64,000 nucleotides of DNA from Heterodontus francisci (Eukaryota): NCBI RefSeq assembly GCF_036365525.1, contig NC_090404.1:9238001-9302000 (forward strand), in the 5' to 3' direction. The notes beneath the pieces were generated by a model, which had not been told where the DNA came from, did not search any database, and saw only the letters and a program-made list of their open reading frames with translations. How positions within the stretch are numbered: position 1 is the first letter of the stretch; every line of letters begins with the position of its first letter. Made by a program: the position numbers and the translations under genes. Below are positions 47,448 to 59,860 of this stretch, piece by piece.

Positions 47448-50400
47448 TGTTACGACCGACCGCTCCTATCAAAGTCCCCACTCAAAAGAGACAATTCTGA
47501 TTGTGGTGGGACCAACGCACTGTTAATTCAATCCCGTCGCTCCACAGATTGGTTAACATATCATTTAAAACTTTCCAAATTAAAGAAAAGCGCAGCCAAA
47601 TTGTACCATCTACTAACCCCCGAATGAGGCTAATGTGTCTTGAAAACAACACATTAACTCTTAAATTAGAAGAACTAAATTCTTAAACACTATGAAGATA
47701 TAAACAACATTTAAAATAGAAAAATTAGAATCCTTGCAAATTTACAGTCCAATGTTCCTTGAAGTCCTCACAGAATGTTGCTTTCCTTCTCCAGCGAATT
47801 TCAACAAGTAACGACTCGCAAACACTTGCAACAGAATCGGTCTGACTTTAGAGTTTTTGAGGGATAAAAGATTGTCACAGTCTAACTTCCCTTTCTTCAA
47901 TTTAAATTGCCACAGATCTCTGTTTCAGCTAGCTTTTTTGGGGGGGGGAATTTTGAGAGATAATAATTAAACAGACGAAAATCCTATTCCTTCAGTTTAA
48001 ATGGTTGAGAGCTCTTTTTCAGATCTGCAAAAAAACAGAGCTGTCTGTGTCCTCTGTCTGTGTGTTCTGTTAGAACAAACCGTCTTCAACTAAAAGCCAG
48101 TTCAAAATTGAATTGTAACAAATGTATCATATGAGACACACTCCCAGTAGCTGTATCTATAGTAACGAGAATGCACCCTTTGAATCGCAGTCTCCAAATG
48201 GCTGTTTCTAAGACAATGAAAATGCACCTTCCTATAACTCCTGAGGCTTGCTGGTTCTTAAAGCAATGTTGATCTCTTGCAAGCCTTAAAGGCAAACCTC
48301 ATGTTCTGAAAAAAAAACTACAGGACCATGACACCTTCGCCCCTAGAGGAATGAAACGCCATTCCTGAAATGCTGTTCCTTACAATGGGTAAACGAAATA
48401 CTAATTGAGAAAACGCTAACACATTTTTCCACGCATTTACAGATATATACATTTCAAAAAAAATTATAGACTACAGCAACAAGTTCCACCAGAACATTTC
48501 AGCTTTAAATTTTCAAAAGGCTGTTCCAATTAACCCATTTTAAACTACCAAGCATAGTGTTCCAATTGTTTCGTGTTTCCCTTCCAAGTGTCCCTATTGT
48601 CCATCACCTCAGCCAGGTGAACTGCACAGCGAGGAGCACTGACCACTACTGGGTTCACTATTCTCTGAGAAGTTTCTCGAGTATCCCTTAACCTGTGTGG
48701 CATCACTTGAGACTGGAAAACCCTGTCCGGTGTAACAGAAGCTGATTTTTCTTATGCTGGGGGTGTCAAAGGAAATTGACAATTTCCTTCCAACAGATCT
48801 GTCGCTTTAAGACACATTGTGTTTCCCACTCTGTCCATACAGTCCTTTAAATGAGAATTTGGGTAAGAGTCTGACTTCTTTGCCACAGTGACTTTTCTGC
48901 AAGTTTGAGCCGTCCCACCAGGTTTAGTCATCAAGACCATCTGCGAATTCCAGCTGTCCTGACTCGGTTCATCTAAGCTTCCCTTCAGCATGCATTGTAC
49001 CTCTGCTTCCACTTGGGCCTGTCTGTCTGGACCTAAACAACAAGGATGTCGTTTTAAAGGAATGGCTCCCCCTATATCCACATCATGTGTGGCTAAGGTT
49101 GTACATCCCGGCTTATCCCTTTTTTGAAACATTGTAAAAACCCTGGTTAGGACTCCACGCTGTTTTGCCTCTAAGTGTAAAAGCCTATTGTTTAATTTTC
49201 CTAGCCATTCTGCATTCCCTAATGGGATAGTTGAAGGTTCAATCTGAGAATTTCCTAGGCCTACTCTCCCTCATCCTCATTATCCTTTCCCTGCTCCACA
49301 GTCCTGATTACCTGATATACCTGTATTGGCTTATCCTCCTCCCTGCGGTAATGTGGTTTGAGTGTATTAATGTGACACAACCGGTTCTTCTCCCAGCCAT
49401 CAGGGGTGTCAATCAAGTAATCTACCGTACCTACTCTTTTGATCACTCTATATGGGCCATTGAACCGTGCTTTCACTGGTTCTCCCTTTGACAGTATCAA
49501 CACTAATACCTCATCCCCTGGTTTTATGGTAGGTTGTGGTTTTACCACCGTTTGACAGGTGTGGCATGCCCTACAAAATTGTCTCACATCCTTTGTAAGA
49601 ACTGGCCAGTAATAATGTTTGCATATGTGTGATTTGGTCTTCCGAATTCCCCTATGTCCTGAAAACGGAATGCCATGTGCTAACCTTAATAATCCTTGGT
49701 AATATTTAGGTGGTACCACTATCTGTTCAACAACTGACCAGTCTTCGTCGTCTGGTCCACGAGGCGGTCTCCATTTCCCCCTCAAAACCCCGTTTGCCAT
49801 ATAATAGCTTTCCGGAACTCCTTTCACCTCAACTTCTGACTGAGCGATCTGTGCTGTTTGGGTGGCACAGTGGTACAGTGGTTAGCATCACAGCCTCACA
49901 GCTCCAACGACCCGGGTTCAGTTCTGGGTACTGCCGATGCAGAGTTTGCAAGTTCTCCCTGTGACTGTGTGAGTTTCCACCAGATGCTCTAGTTTCCTCC
50001 CACAGCCAAATTGACCATTGTAAATTGCCCCTAGTGTAGGTAGGTGGTCGGAGAATTGAGAGAAGGTGGGGATGTAGCAGGGAATATGGGGTTAACGTAG
50101 GATTAGTCTAAATGAGTGGTTGGTGCACGGCACAGACTCGGTGGGCAGAAGGGCATGTTTCAGTGCTGCATCTCTCCAAGACTATAACTCTATCTCTGGA
50201 TCCGCTTGCTGTGCTGGAATGATAGACGATCTGTTAAACATTTCATTTGGATTATCCCCAAGTCCAAAAATCCCCAAATAAGGTTTCAGATGCCTGATTA
50301 TCTATTTGTGGTGCCCCTTTTACCTCCGACAATGGATCCTGTTTAGCCATTGCTCGGGTAACTACACACGCAGGAAATATTCTCGGAACTTGCTCCTGTA

Positions 50401-52540
50401 ATTGCTCTGTTTCTTTAATTTCACTTGGTTCCTCTGTAACTTTAGGAGAAACTGATACTTTTGATCCAGCCAAATCATTTCCTGGGAGTAGTTCAATTCC
50501 CTTTACTGGTAAACTGTGGACAACACCTACAATCACTACCACAGTTATTAAGTCACTCTCTAGGCGTACTTTATACAAAGGTATGAGTATATACTCCCCG
50601 CCAATTCCATTTACTAAAACATTAGGGTTCAAGGCGCTCTCTAGTGGAAACCTCATGTCTTTCCCCAGCAAGAGGGTTTGGGTCGCTCCTGTATCCCTGA
50701 GTATAATGATAGGTTTTCCTGCCTCACATACAGGATATGGAGTTACTCTCCCCTTTAACAAAAAATCATTATAACTGTCACGTATTTTATTCTGAACCTC
50801 TACACTCCTCTTAATTTTAGTATCTGGTTTCACATTCACAGCTGTCGTTAAATCTATAGCCTGGTCTGCTATACTCTCAGTCAGAGTCTTTTCCTCTGCA
50901 CTAACTTTGCGTACCCCAACAAGTCCTATGGGTTTATCTCGCAATTTCCAGCATTCTGAACGAAGATGACCCGTTTTGTTGCAATGATAACACTTTGGCT
51001 TGCCAACCTTACTTCTACCCTCAGCACCTTCATTTCTGACCTGCGGAGGTGATCCTGGGGCATTCCCAGCTGTTACTTCTTGTCCCCGGCTACTTGCCTT
51101 CCTTCCACTCTCCCACTTTCTATCCTTCTCGGGTTTATGGACAAAATAGGTTGGCTTATTCACAAGCTCAAAATCATCAGCAATCTCTGCTGCTTGCCTA
51201 GCTTTCAAAACTTTCAGGTTATCTACATGAGTTCTCACTTCTGAAGGGATGGAGTTTTTAAACTCCTCTAAGAGAATCAATTCTCGAAGGTTCTCATATG
51301 TGGTTTCTATCTTTAATGCCCGTATCCAACAGTCAAAAGTAACTTGCTTCACCCTCTCAAATTCTATATATGTCTGCCCAGTCAATCTCCGTAAGTTCCC
51401 AAACTTCTGACAGTAAGCTTCAGGGACTAACTCATACGCAGAGAGAATAGCCTTTTTTGCCATCTCATAATCTGCAGAAGCCTCTTCAGAAAGCATGACA
51501 TAATTTTCATGAGCTCTGCCTACCTGCCTGCCCTGAATAAGCAATGTCCAGTTTGCTTTCGGCTATTTCATCTGTTTGGTTATTTTTTCAAAAGATAAGA
51601 AAAATGCCTTCTCTCGAACTCAGGAAGAGCCTGTCTAAATTTAAACAACTTCTCACTTGGTCCTGATCTAAGTTCAGATTCTTCCTGACTGCAATTTTCC
51701 CTGGATTCAAGACTACCCCTTTGTCTTAGTTCCATCTCTTTCAACCTAAATTCCTTCTCTTCTCTTTCACTTTCTCTCCGAAATGCTCTCTCTTACTCCC
51801 TTTCCTCTTTTTCCAATTCACGTTTTCTTAATTCTTTTTCTGCCTCAAGTTTTTGTTTCTTTTTCCTGCTGAAGCTCCAGTTTTTTCCATTTCTAACCGA
51901 ATCCTAGCCAATTCCACTGCATCACTCTCGGACCTATTACCTTCATGTCTCTCATATTCCTTTTCCTCGTATTGCCCTTCATCTGCATTATCATCATCAT
52001 CTTCTTCTACCAATTCCAGATGTTTGGCTGTTATTTCAATTATCTCTGCTTTTTTGAGACCTGATTTCAACTCCAACCCCAATTTCACTGCCAATTCTTT
52101 TAATTTGTTCTTAGTTAAAGTTATCAAGTCACTCAGGCAAACATTCTGCTTTCCCAAAAAGTCTGCTACAACCACTAATGCCATAGCAATGATATAGACT
52201 GTACCTTATTATACAAGAGAGCTGGTTGTTTGAATTTTTTTGTAATTGGTGTCAGATTTAGATCTCAACAATCAAGTTTCCAAGTGATAAGTTCCCAGAT
52301 TCGAGAGCAATTAATCTGATGCCAAACAGTATCACATGAGACTCACTCCCAGTGGCTGTATCAATGGTAACGAGAATGCACCCTTTGAATTACAGTCTCC
52401 AAATGGCTGTTTCTAAGACAACGAAAATGCACCTTCCTATAACTCCCGAGGCTTGCTGGTTCTTAAAGCAATACTGATCCCTTGCAAGCCTTAAAGGCAA
52501 ACCGCATATTCCGAAAAAAAAAACCTACAGGACCATGACA
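47448..52540 (-). mobile_element. Decayed Gypsy LTR retrotransposon, Gmr1-like domain order
   Basis: 3' LTR 47448-48333 (TG...CA) with purine tract AGGGGCGAAGG. Partial 5' LTR ~52325-52540. GGGT target-site duplication. Gag with CCHC knuckle and protease LRDTGA (50252-51544), integrase HHCC (49261-49827), RT remnant (48600-49132). Confidence 0.9.
49859..50195 (+). mobile_element. HE1-like SINE nested in the Gypsy element
   Basis: Diverged copy of 27376-27726. Confidence 0.85.
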
Positions 52541-52597
52541 GGGTCCTTATAGCAATGTTTCATCAATTTACTTTAATTATTAGAATCTTTCCCACCT

Positions 52598-52854
52598 CAG
52601 AGGTGTGCAAAAGAAACCCGACCCAACTCCGAATGCTGGACCCGGAAGCCCGACCCGACCGACCCGAACCCGACGCATGCCGTCGGATGCCGTCGGGGTC
52701 AGGTCGGGTACGAGGCCTTTACCCGTGTACTGATGTAAAGGCCTGCCAACCGACCCGACCCCGACGGGTCCCGACGACATGTGTCGGGTTCGCCCGGGTC
52801 GGACATCCGGGTCCGGAATTCGGGCTCGAGTCGGGTTTCCTTTGCACCCCTCTA
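52598..52854. mobile_element. hAT-type MITE
   Basis: TIRs CAGAGGTGTGCAAAAGAAACCCGAC...GTCGGGTTTCCTTTGCACCCCTCTA. 8-bp TSD TCCCACCT (52590-52597 and 52855-52862). Internal CCCGA/TCGGG repeats. Confidence 0.88.
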
Positions 52855-53244
52855 TCCCACCTGTCGTGCCTTTGTCTACACTGTACACTGACATTTTAAA
52901 CCAAACTTTATTTGTGAATTTACTGTAAGTTCTATCAGAAGCGGCGGTGCACGGATTTAACAGGTTCCTGGTCAGCTGCAGGTATTTGTGTTCTTACTGG
53001 GACTGGCAAATTCCCAGTAATAAACACATAAACAGCACACAATTCTGTCCTCACACAGTGCAATAGTCAGACAGGGTTAGTATTGAATTAAACGATTTTA
53101 GATGGTGTTTATGTGGATTGTGCTCGGGTTCTGCCGTGTCAGTGTGCGAGCCGCTGTTATAGACATTCCTCAGCAGACAGCAGCTGTGACCCAGAAACCT
53201 GCAGCAGTTATTGTAGGAGGCTTTAGCTCGATCTCATCACTGTG

Positions 53245-53406
53245 AGACTCAATGCACAGTAATAGACCGCGGTGTCAGACAGCCACAGCTCCGAGATGGT
53301 CAATCATTCCGACTGCTGGCCTGTATCAGAAAACTGGTTCTGAGAGAAATCCGCGTTAAATTCAGCATCATTGTCCGTGCCAATCCAGACTGCAAAGTCG
53401 GGTTCT
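53245..53406 (-). pseudogene. 3' half of a TCR V pseudogene truncated by a LINE
   Basis: Reads EPDFAVWIGTDNDAEFNADFSQNQFSDTGQQSE*LTISELWLSDTAVYYCALS. RSS: CACAGTG (53238-53244), 23-bp spacer, ACAATAACT (53206-53214). Confidence 0.85.
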
Positions 53407-53840
53407 CTTTATTCGTTCGGGGCGTGTGGCCGTCTCTGGCCAGGCCAGCATTTATTGCCCATCACAAATTGCCCTTGAGAAGGTAATAGTGAGCTGCCTT
53501 CTTGAGCCGCTTCAATACATGGGGTGTAGGTACACCCACAGTCATGTTAGGGAGGGACTTCCAGTATTTTGACCGAGCCACAGTGAAGGAACAGCGATCT
53601 CGTTCCAAGTCAGGATGGCGTGTGACTTGGAGGGGAATTGACTCCAGTTTTGCTCGGGCTCCTTGCAGCCAGACTCGGTCAAATGTTGCCTTGATGCCAA
53701 GGGCAGTCACTGTCACATCACCTCTTGGGTTCAGCTCTTTTGTTCATGTTTGGACCAAGGCTGGAATGAGCTCAGGAGCTGAGTGGCCCTGGCTGAACCC
53801 AAACTGAGCAGGTTATTGCTAAGCAAGTGCCACTTGACAG
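53407..53840 (-). mobile_element. Family-2 LINE fragment with internal deletion
   Basis: ORF 53462-53716 joins an RT piece to the 3' end. The tail matches 57200-57290. Confidence 0.82.
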
Positions 53841-54169
53841 AACAATCTCTTCCTTTCACTCCCAGTCTATTTGTTGCAGTCACTTGATCAGTAAGCAGCA
53901 GCAGTTTATCCAGAGGCATCTAGAGACGGAATCATCGCCATTTCCGCTCCATCAGCTCCCAGTGGAGCTGAGCGGCGCCGCGCGCTTTCTGTCCTTACAC
54001 AGAATTCTCAATTCACTCCATTTGTTTCTGCGGGAGCCCCGCCCACAGCTTCCGTTTGCTGTTCTCACTCTGACCCGCCTTGCCTGACCCTGTTACTGGA
54101 GAGATTGCTGCTGCTGTTTCCTGTTTGGTATTGGTTGGATCAGTAGTGCAGTGGGGCGGGGATCTGTAC

Positions 54170-57100
54170 TTCTGCTCGGACAAAGCTCCCGCACTGCCTT
54201 TAGGGAAGGAAATCTGTTGTCCTTACCTGGTCTTGCCTACATGTGACTCCTGACCCACAGCAAAGTGGTTGACTCTTACATGCCCTCTGAAATGGCTTAG
54301 CAAGCCACTCAGTTGTATCTAACTGCTACGAAGTCAATAAAAAGGAATGAAACCGGACGGACCACCCGGCATCGACCCTGGCACCAGAAATGACAAAGGC
54401 AAACCCAGCCCTGTCGACCCTGCAAAGTCCTCCTGACTAACATCTGGGGGCTTGTGCCAAAGTTGGGGAAGCTGTCCCACAGATTTGTCAAGCAAAAGCC
54501 TGACATAGTCATACTCACGGAATCATACCTAACAGACAATGTCCCAGACACTGTCATCACCATCCTCGTGCATGTCCTGTCCCACCGGCAGGACAGACCC
54601 ACCAGAGGTGGCGGCACAGTGGTATATAGTAGGGAGGGAGTTGCCCTGGGAGTCCTCAACATTGACTCTGGACCCCATGAAGTCTCATGGCATCAGTTCA
54701 AACATGGACAAGGAAACCTCCTGCTGATTGCCATCTACTGCCCTCCCTCAGCTGATGAGTCAGTACTCCTCCATGTTGAACACCACTTGGAGGAAGCACT
54801 GAGGGTGGTGAGGGCACAGAATTCACTCTGGGTGGGGGACTTCAATGTTCACCACCAAGAGTGGCTCGGTAGCACCACTACTGACCGAGCTGGCCGAGTC
54901 CTAAAGGACATATCTGCTAGACTGGGTATGCGGCAGGTGGTGAGGGAACCAACAAGAGGGGAAAGCATACTTGACCTTGTCCTCACCAACCTGCCTTCCG
55001 CAGATGCATCTGTCCATGACAGTATTGGTAGGAGTGACCAGCGCACAGTCCTTGTGGAGACGAAGTCCCATCTTCACATTGAGGATACCCTCCATCGTGT
55101 TGTGTGGCACTACCACCGTGCTGAATGGTATAGATTTAGAACAGATCTAGCAATGCAAAACTGGGCATCCATGAGGCGCTGTGGGCCAACAGTAGCAGAG
55201 GAATTGTACTCAAGTACAATCTGCAACCTCATGGCCCGGCATATCTCCCACTCTACCATTACCATCAAGCCAGGAGACCAACCCTGGTTCAATGAAGAGT
55301 GCAGGAAGGCATGCCCGGAGCAGTACCAGGCATACCTCAAAATGAGGTGTCAACCTGGTGAAGCTACAACACAGGACTATCTGCGTGCCAAACTGTGTAA
55401 GCAGCATGCGATAGACAGAGCTAAGCGATCCCATAACCAACGGATCAGATCTACGCTCTGCAGTCCTGCCACATCCAGCTGTGGATGGTGGTGAACAATT
55501 AAACAACTAACTGGAGGAGGTGGTTCCACAAATATCCCCATCCTCAATTATGGGGGAGACCAGCACATCAGTGCAAAAGATAAGGCTGAAGTATTTGCAA
55601 CAATCCTCAGCCAGAAGTGCTGAGTTGATGATCCATCTCGGCCTCTTCCTGAAGTCCCCAACATCACAGATGCCAGACATCAGCCAATTTGATTCACTCT
55701 GCGTGATATCAAGAAACGACTGAAGGCACTGGACACTGCAAAGGCTATGGGCCCTGACTATATTCCGGCAATAATACTGAAGACCTGTGCTCCAGAACTT
55801 GCTGCGCCCCTCGCCAAGCTGTTCCAGTACAGCTACAGCACTGGCATCTACCCGGCAATGTGGAAAATTGCCCAGGTATGTCCTATACACAAAAAGCAGG
55901 ACATTTTCGACCTGGCCAATTACCGCACCATCAGTCTACTCTCAATCATCAGTAAAGTGATGGAAGGTGTCATCGACAGTACTATCAAGCGGCACTTGCT
56001 TAACAATAACCTGCTCAGTGACACTCAGTTTGGGTTCCACAAAGGCCACTCAGCTCCTGACTTCATTACAGCCTTGGTTCAAACATGGACAAAAGAGCTG
56101 AACTCAAGAGGTGAGGTGAGAGTGACTGCCCTTGACATCAAGGCAACATTTGACCGAGTATGGCGTCAAAGAGCCCTAGCAAAACTGAGGTCAATGGGAA
56201 TCAGCGGGAAAACCCTCCGATGGCTGGTGTCATACCTAGCGCAAAGGAAGATGGTTGTGGTTGTTGGAGGTCAATCATCCCAGCTCCAGGACATCACTGC
56301 AGGAGTTCCTCAGGGTAGTGTCCTAGGCCCAACCATATTCAGCTGCTTCATCAATGACCTTCCTTCAATCATAAGGTCAGAAGTAGGGATGTTCGCTGAT
56401 GATTGCACAATGTTCAGCACCATTCACGACTCCTCAGATACTGAAGCAGTCCGTGTGGAAATGCAGCAAGCCCTGGACAATATCCAGGCTTGGGCTGATA
56501 AGTGGCAAGTAACATTTGCGCCACACAAGTGCCAGGCAATGACTATCTCCAACAAGAGAGAATCCAACCATCTCCCCTTGACATTCAATGGCATTACCAT
56601 CGCTGAATCCCCCACTATCAACAGCCTAGGGGCTACCACTGACCAGAAACTGAGCTGGAGTAGCCATATAAATACCGTGGCTACAAGAGCAGGTCAAAAG
56701 CTAGGAATCCTGAGGCGAGTAACTCACCTCCTGACTCTCCAAAGCCTGTCCACCATCTACAAGGCACAAGTCAGGAGTGTGATGGAATACTCTCCACTTG
56801 CCTGGATGGGTGCAGCTCCGACAACGCTCAAGAAGCTCGACACCATCCAGGACAAAGCAGCCCGCTTGATTGGCACCAAATCTACAAACGTTCACTCCCT
56901 CCACCACCGACGCACAGTGGCAGAAGTGTGTACCATCTGCAAGATGCAGTGCAGCAATGCACCAAGGCTCCATAGACAGCACCTTCCAAACCCACGACCT
57001 CGACCAACTAGAAGGACAAGGGCAGCAAATACATGGGAACACCACCACCACCTACAAGTTCCTCTTCAAGTCACACATCATCCTGACTTGGAACTATATC

Positions 57101-57295
57101 ACCGTTCCTTCACTGTCGCTGGGTCGACATCCTGGAACTCCCTTCCTAACAGCACTGTGGGTGTACCTACCCCAAATGGACTGCAGCGGTTCAAGAAGGC
57201 AGCTCTCCACCACCTTCTCAAGGACAATTTGGGATGGGCAATAAATGCTGGTCTGGGCAGCGACGCCCACATCCCATGAATGAATAAAGAAAAAA
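54170..57295 (+). mobile_element. Near full-length LINE (CR1/L2 group, family 2): APE + RT, disrupted
   Basis: ORF 54454-55494 (PDIVILTES, GGG, GDFN, LDLVLTN, SDQ) and ORF 55747-57279 (QFGF, DIKATFDRV, GVPQGSVLGP, FADD). A-rich tail. Confidence 0.92.
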
Positions 57296-57867
57296 AGTTA
57301 CATCCTCGAGCATCATGCGGAACCGTCTCGCACCGCATCTCATCATTATATCACTTCTCTGGGAATATTCTCAACTGGCACAGTCAGCACTCCGGGATTC
57401 CGCCACAGTTTAGGACCTGAGTTTCTCGGCGTCATAGTTCAGAGGGGACTTCATTGTTCCGAACATTATTCCTCGATGGTCTATTAACTAGTTACTGAAT
57501 GTAATCCCTCCTTTCAGTTCATTTCCTGCCGACTGACGCGCCAGGTCTGATTGCGACTCTGGCACAGAATGCGAACTAGTTTTATATTTGTTTGACTAAG
57601 ATTGAAATTTAAGGAGGTTTGGAAGAACACTCTAATCCGACATCCAATTCTGAAATTAACTTCAAGATTAATGATATTAATAATAAACATTAATCCTGTG
57701 CTGTTTTGTTAGTTGCATAGCTGTCGATATGTCTGCTTTTACACTAACATTCTCCTGTGATAAATACTGACATTCCGCCTTTCACCCACACTGTCCGCTG
57801 CTTCGTTCACGTTGTCACACTGAGGCAATGTTTTTGTACGAGGCTGCCTCTGGTTCCTGTCACTGTG

Positions 57868-58379
57868 TCTCTCAGCCCGCAGTAATACATCGCGCTGTCA
57901 GACAGCCGCAGGTCGCGGATGGTGAAATTCCCCTCCCTTTTCGAAGTGTTGAGAGATGCAGAAAATCGATTGCCAACGCCCTCTGCTCTGAAAACCTTTC
58001 CGTATTGAGGGATGTACATGAGGAATGTGGGAACTTTATCCCGGCCCTGACGGTACAGTTGGAAGGAATCGGGAGCAGCACTGGCCGAATAGTTGTATTT
58101 AATAGTCACCGAGTCTCCTTCGGTCTGCATCGCTGTAACGGGCTGCTGTGAGACCGAGTCTGCACCACCAACACCTGCAGAAATTTAGAAATACAGAACT
58201 TTAAGCTTTTATTACCAATTTATTCTAACTAATATCATCAGGTGACGGAACACATTGTAAATAGTGAGAAAGTAAACGAATGTCAGTGACGCCTGCAACA
58301 GAAGATTGTGTAACTTGCAAACTTTACCAGTTAAGAGAGCTGCAGCTGTGAGGAGTGAATACAAAGTAACAAACAACAT
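57868..58379 (-). CDS. TCR alpha/delta V gene, open frame but first canonical Cys replaced by Tyr (leader 58328-58379, V exon 57868-58174)
   Basis: MLFVTLYSLLTAAALLT|GVGGADSVSQQP...GDSVTIKYNYS...FQLYRQ...LSDSAMYYCGLR. RSS: CACAGTG (57861-57867), 23-bp spacer, ACAAAAACA (57829-57837). Confidence 0.9.
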
Positions 58380-58499
58380 ATTTGCAGAGAGTTGATGGCG
58401 GATTTGAAGAGATCGGGTTGAATCCGTAATTGTTTCAGTCAAGAGTTGGGGAGATGTTCATTATCTTCCAGTCTCTCCATCGATTGGTTCATTCGTGAA

Positions 58500-58605
58500 A
58501 GAGTCAATAGATGACGCCCAATGAGCTCACAGTCTTTTGTTCTCCATTTCATCCAATCAGCTCACAGAGCCTTTGTTCATCAATTCATGACGTCAGGGCG
58601 GGGAG
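58500..58605. promoter_or_regulatory. Putative V promoter: CRE (TGACGTCA 58588-58595), CCAAT boxes, GC box
   Basis: Motif cluster 130-220 bp 5' of the leader ATG at 58379. Confidence 0.5.
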
Positions 58606-59846
58606 CAGGAAATGAGTGAAATTGTTGTCCTGATAACAGGGAACTGGACGAGGATTAAACCCAATATTGGCCTTTAACAGTGTCAGTCTGTTAGGTGGAG
58701 CAGTAAGGGGAAATTGTTAATGTGGTTCTGCTGTCAGTGCCGGAGGCTCCTATTAAAGGAGCTGCTCACTGACCATTGGAACCGCCTGCAGCCCATATTT
58801 AGAGGAATATTACACAGAATTACAAAGAATCTGCAACACAGAAATGCGTCATTCTGCCAAACTAGTCATTAGTTTTGTTGCCGTTCTATTATCTGTTCAC
58901 AATCCAAGTCCGAGATCTGATTCAGTGCGAGGAGGAAAGTCACCTTTGCTGAAGAAGGGTCACTGAGCTGAAACATTAACTCTGCTTCTCTCTCCACAGA
59001 TGCTGCCAGACCTGCTGAGTATTTCCAGCAGTTGTTTTTATTCCTGCTTTTTCTTTCCGTGTTTCTCTTTTTAACTCGCCCTCCCTTTGACTGTTTAACT
59101 CGCTGTCGTTCTCACTCCCTCTTTCTCACTCTCTATATGACCCCCTCCCCCTCCCCCGCCCCGCCATCTCAGTAACAAATTCCGACGGTGTGTTCCGACC
59201 TGAGCTTTGTACGTTTGGATCAGGATTCCCTCTGACTTCCGTCTTTGTTGGCTCGGCGCTAAACATCGAATTGGTGTTGTTTTCTCCACTGCATTCACTG
59301 CCCATGTGGAACGTGGTTTCAATGTCTTTATCGTCATTCTCTCTGTCTCTGAGTATCTCCCTCTCTCGTTTTCTCTGTCCCTGTCTGTCTCTCTCTGCCA
59401 TGTTCCATGAAAGTAGAAAATCCAACTTCTCCCAGTCTCTCGGTTCAATGAGTGCTCCAATAATAGTTATAATGGATAAAAGATAACCGCAGCTCAGAGG
59501 AAAGTTTAAAGTAACAGCAGTTTCATTAAAATCCCATAGTATATCGGATAGGAGTGAATCGTGAGTCACGTTTACATTCTTTATATGTGGCATGGTGAAT
59601 AACATTCTTTGTGGTTTCATTTTCAAAAGAGCAATATTGCACCGCTACGACTAGATAATAAAAATAAACAAACTGTATCATCAGGATTTAAACTGAAGAT
59701 AGCTTTAACGTCTTGTGCGTGTTTATCTGCATTTTGTTGTATTGGCTTATAAATAGTCAGAAGAACATGAATAATGCTACATAATCATACAACAACACCC
59801 TTCAGTGATTTGAGAATTCATTGATTTCCCAGGTAGAGGGCCATCA

Positions 59847-59860
59847 CCGCCAGAGGGCGC
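59847..59860 (+). promoter_or_regulatory. CTCF-like motif CCGCCAGAGGGCGC
   Basis: Strong consensus match. Confidence 0.6.

Noticed and set aside
59170-59570. Faint V-like relic on the minus strand (AVTL..SCGY, KLDFLLSW, MFSAE)
   Set aside because: No conserved Trp or YYC motif and no RSS, and it is interrupted by simple repeats. Too weak to call.
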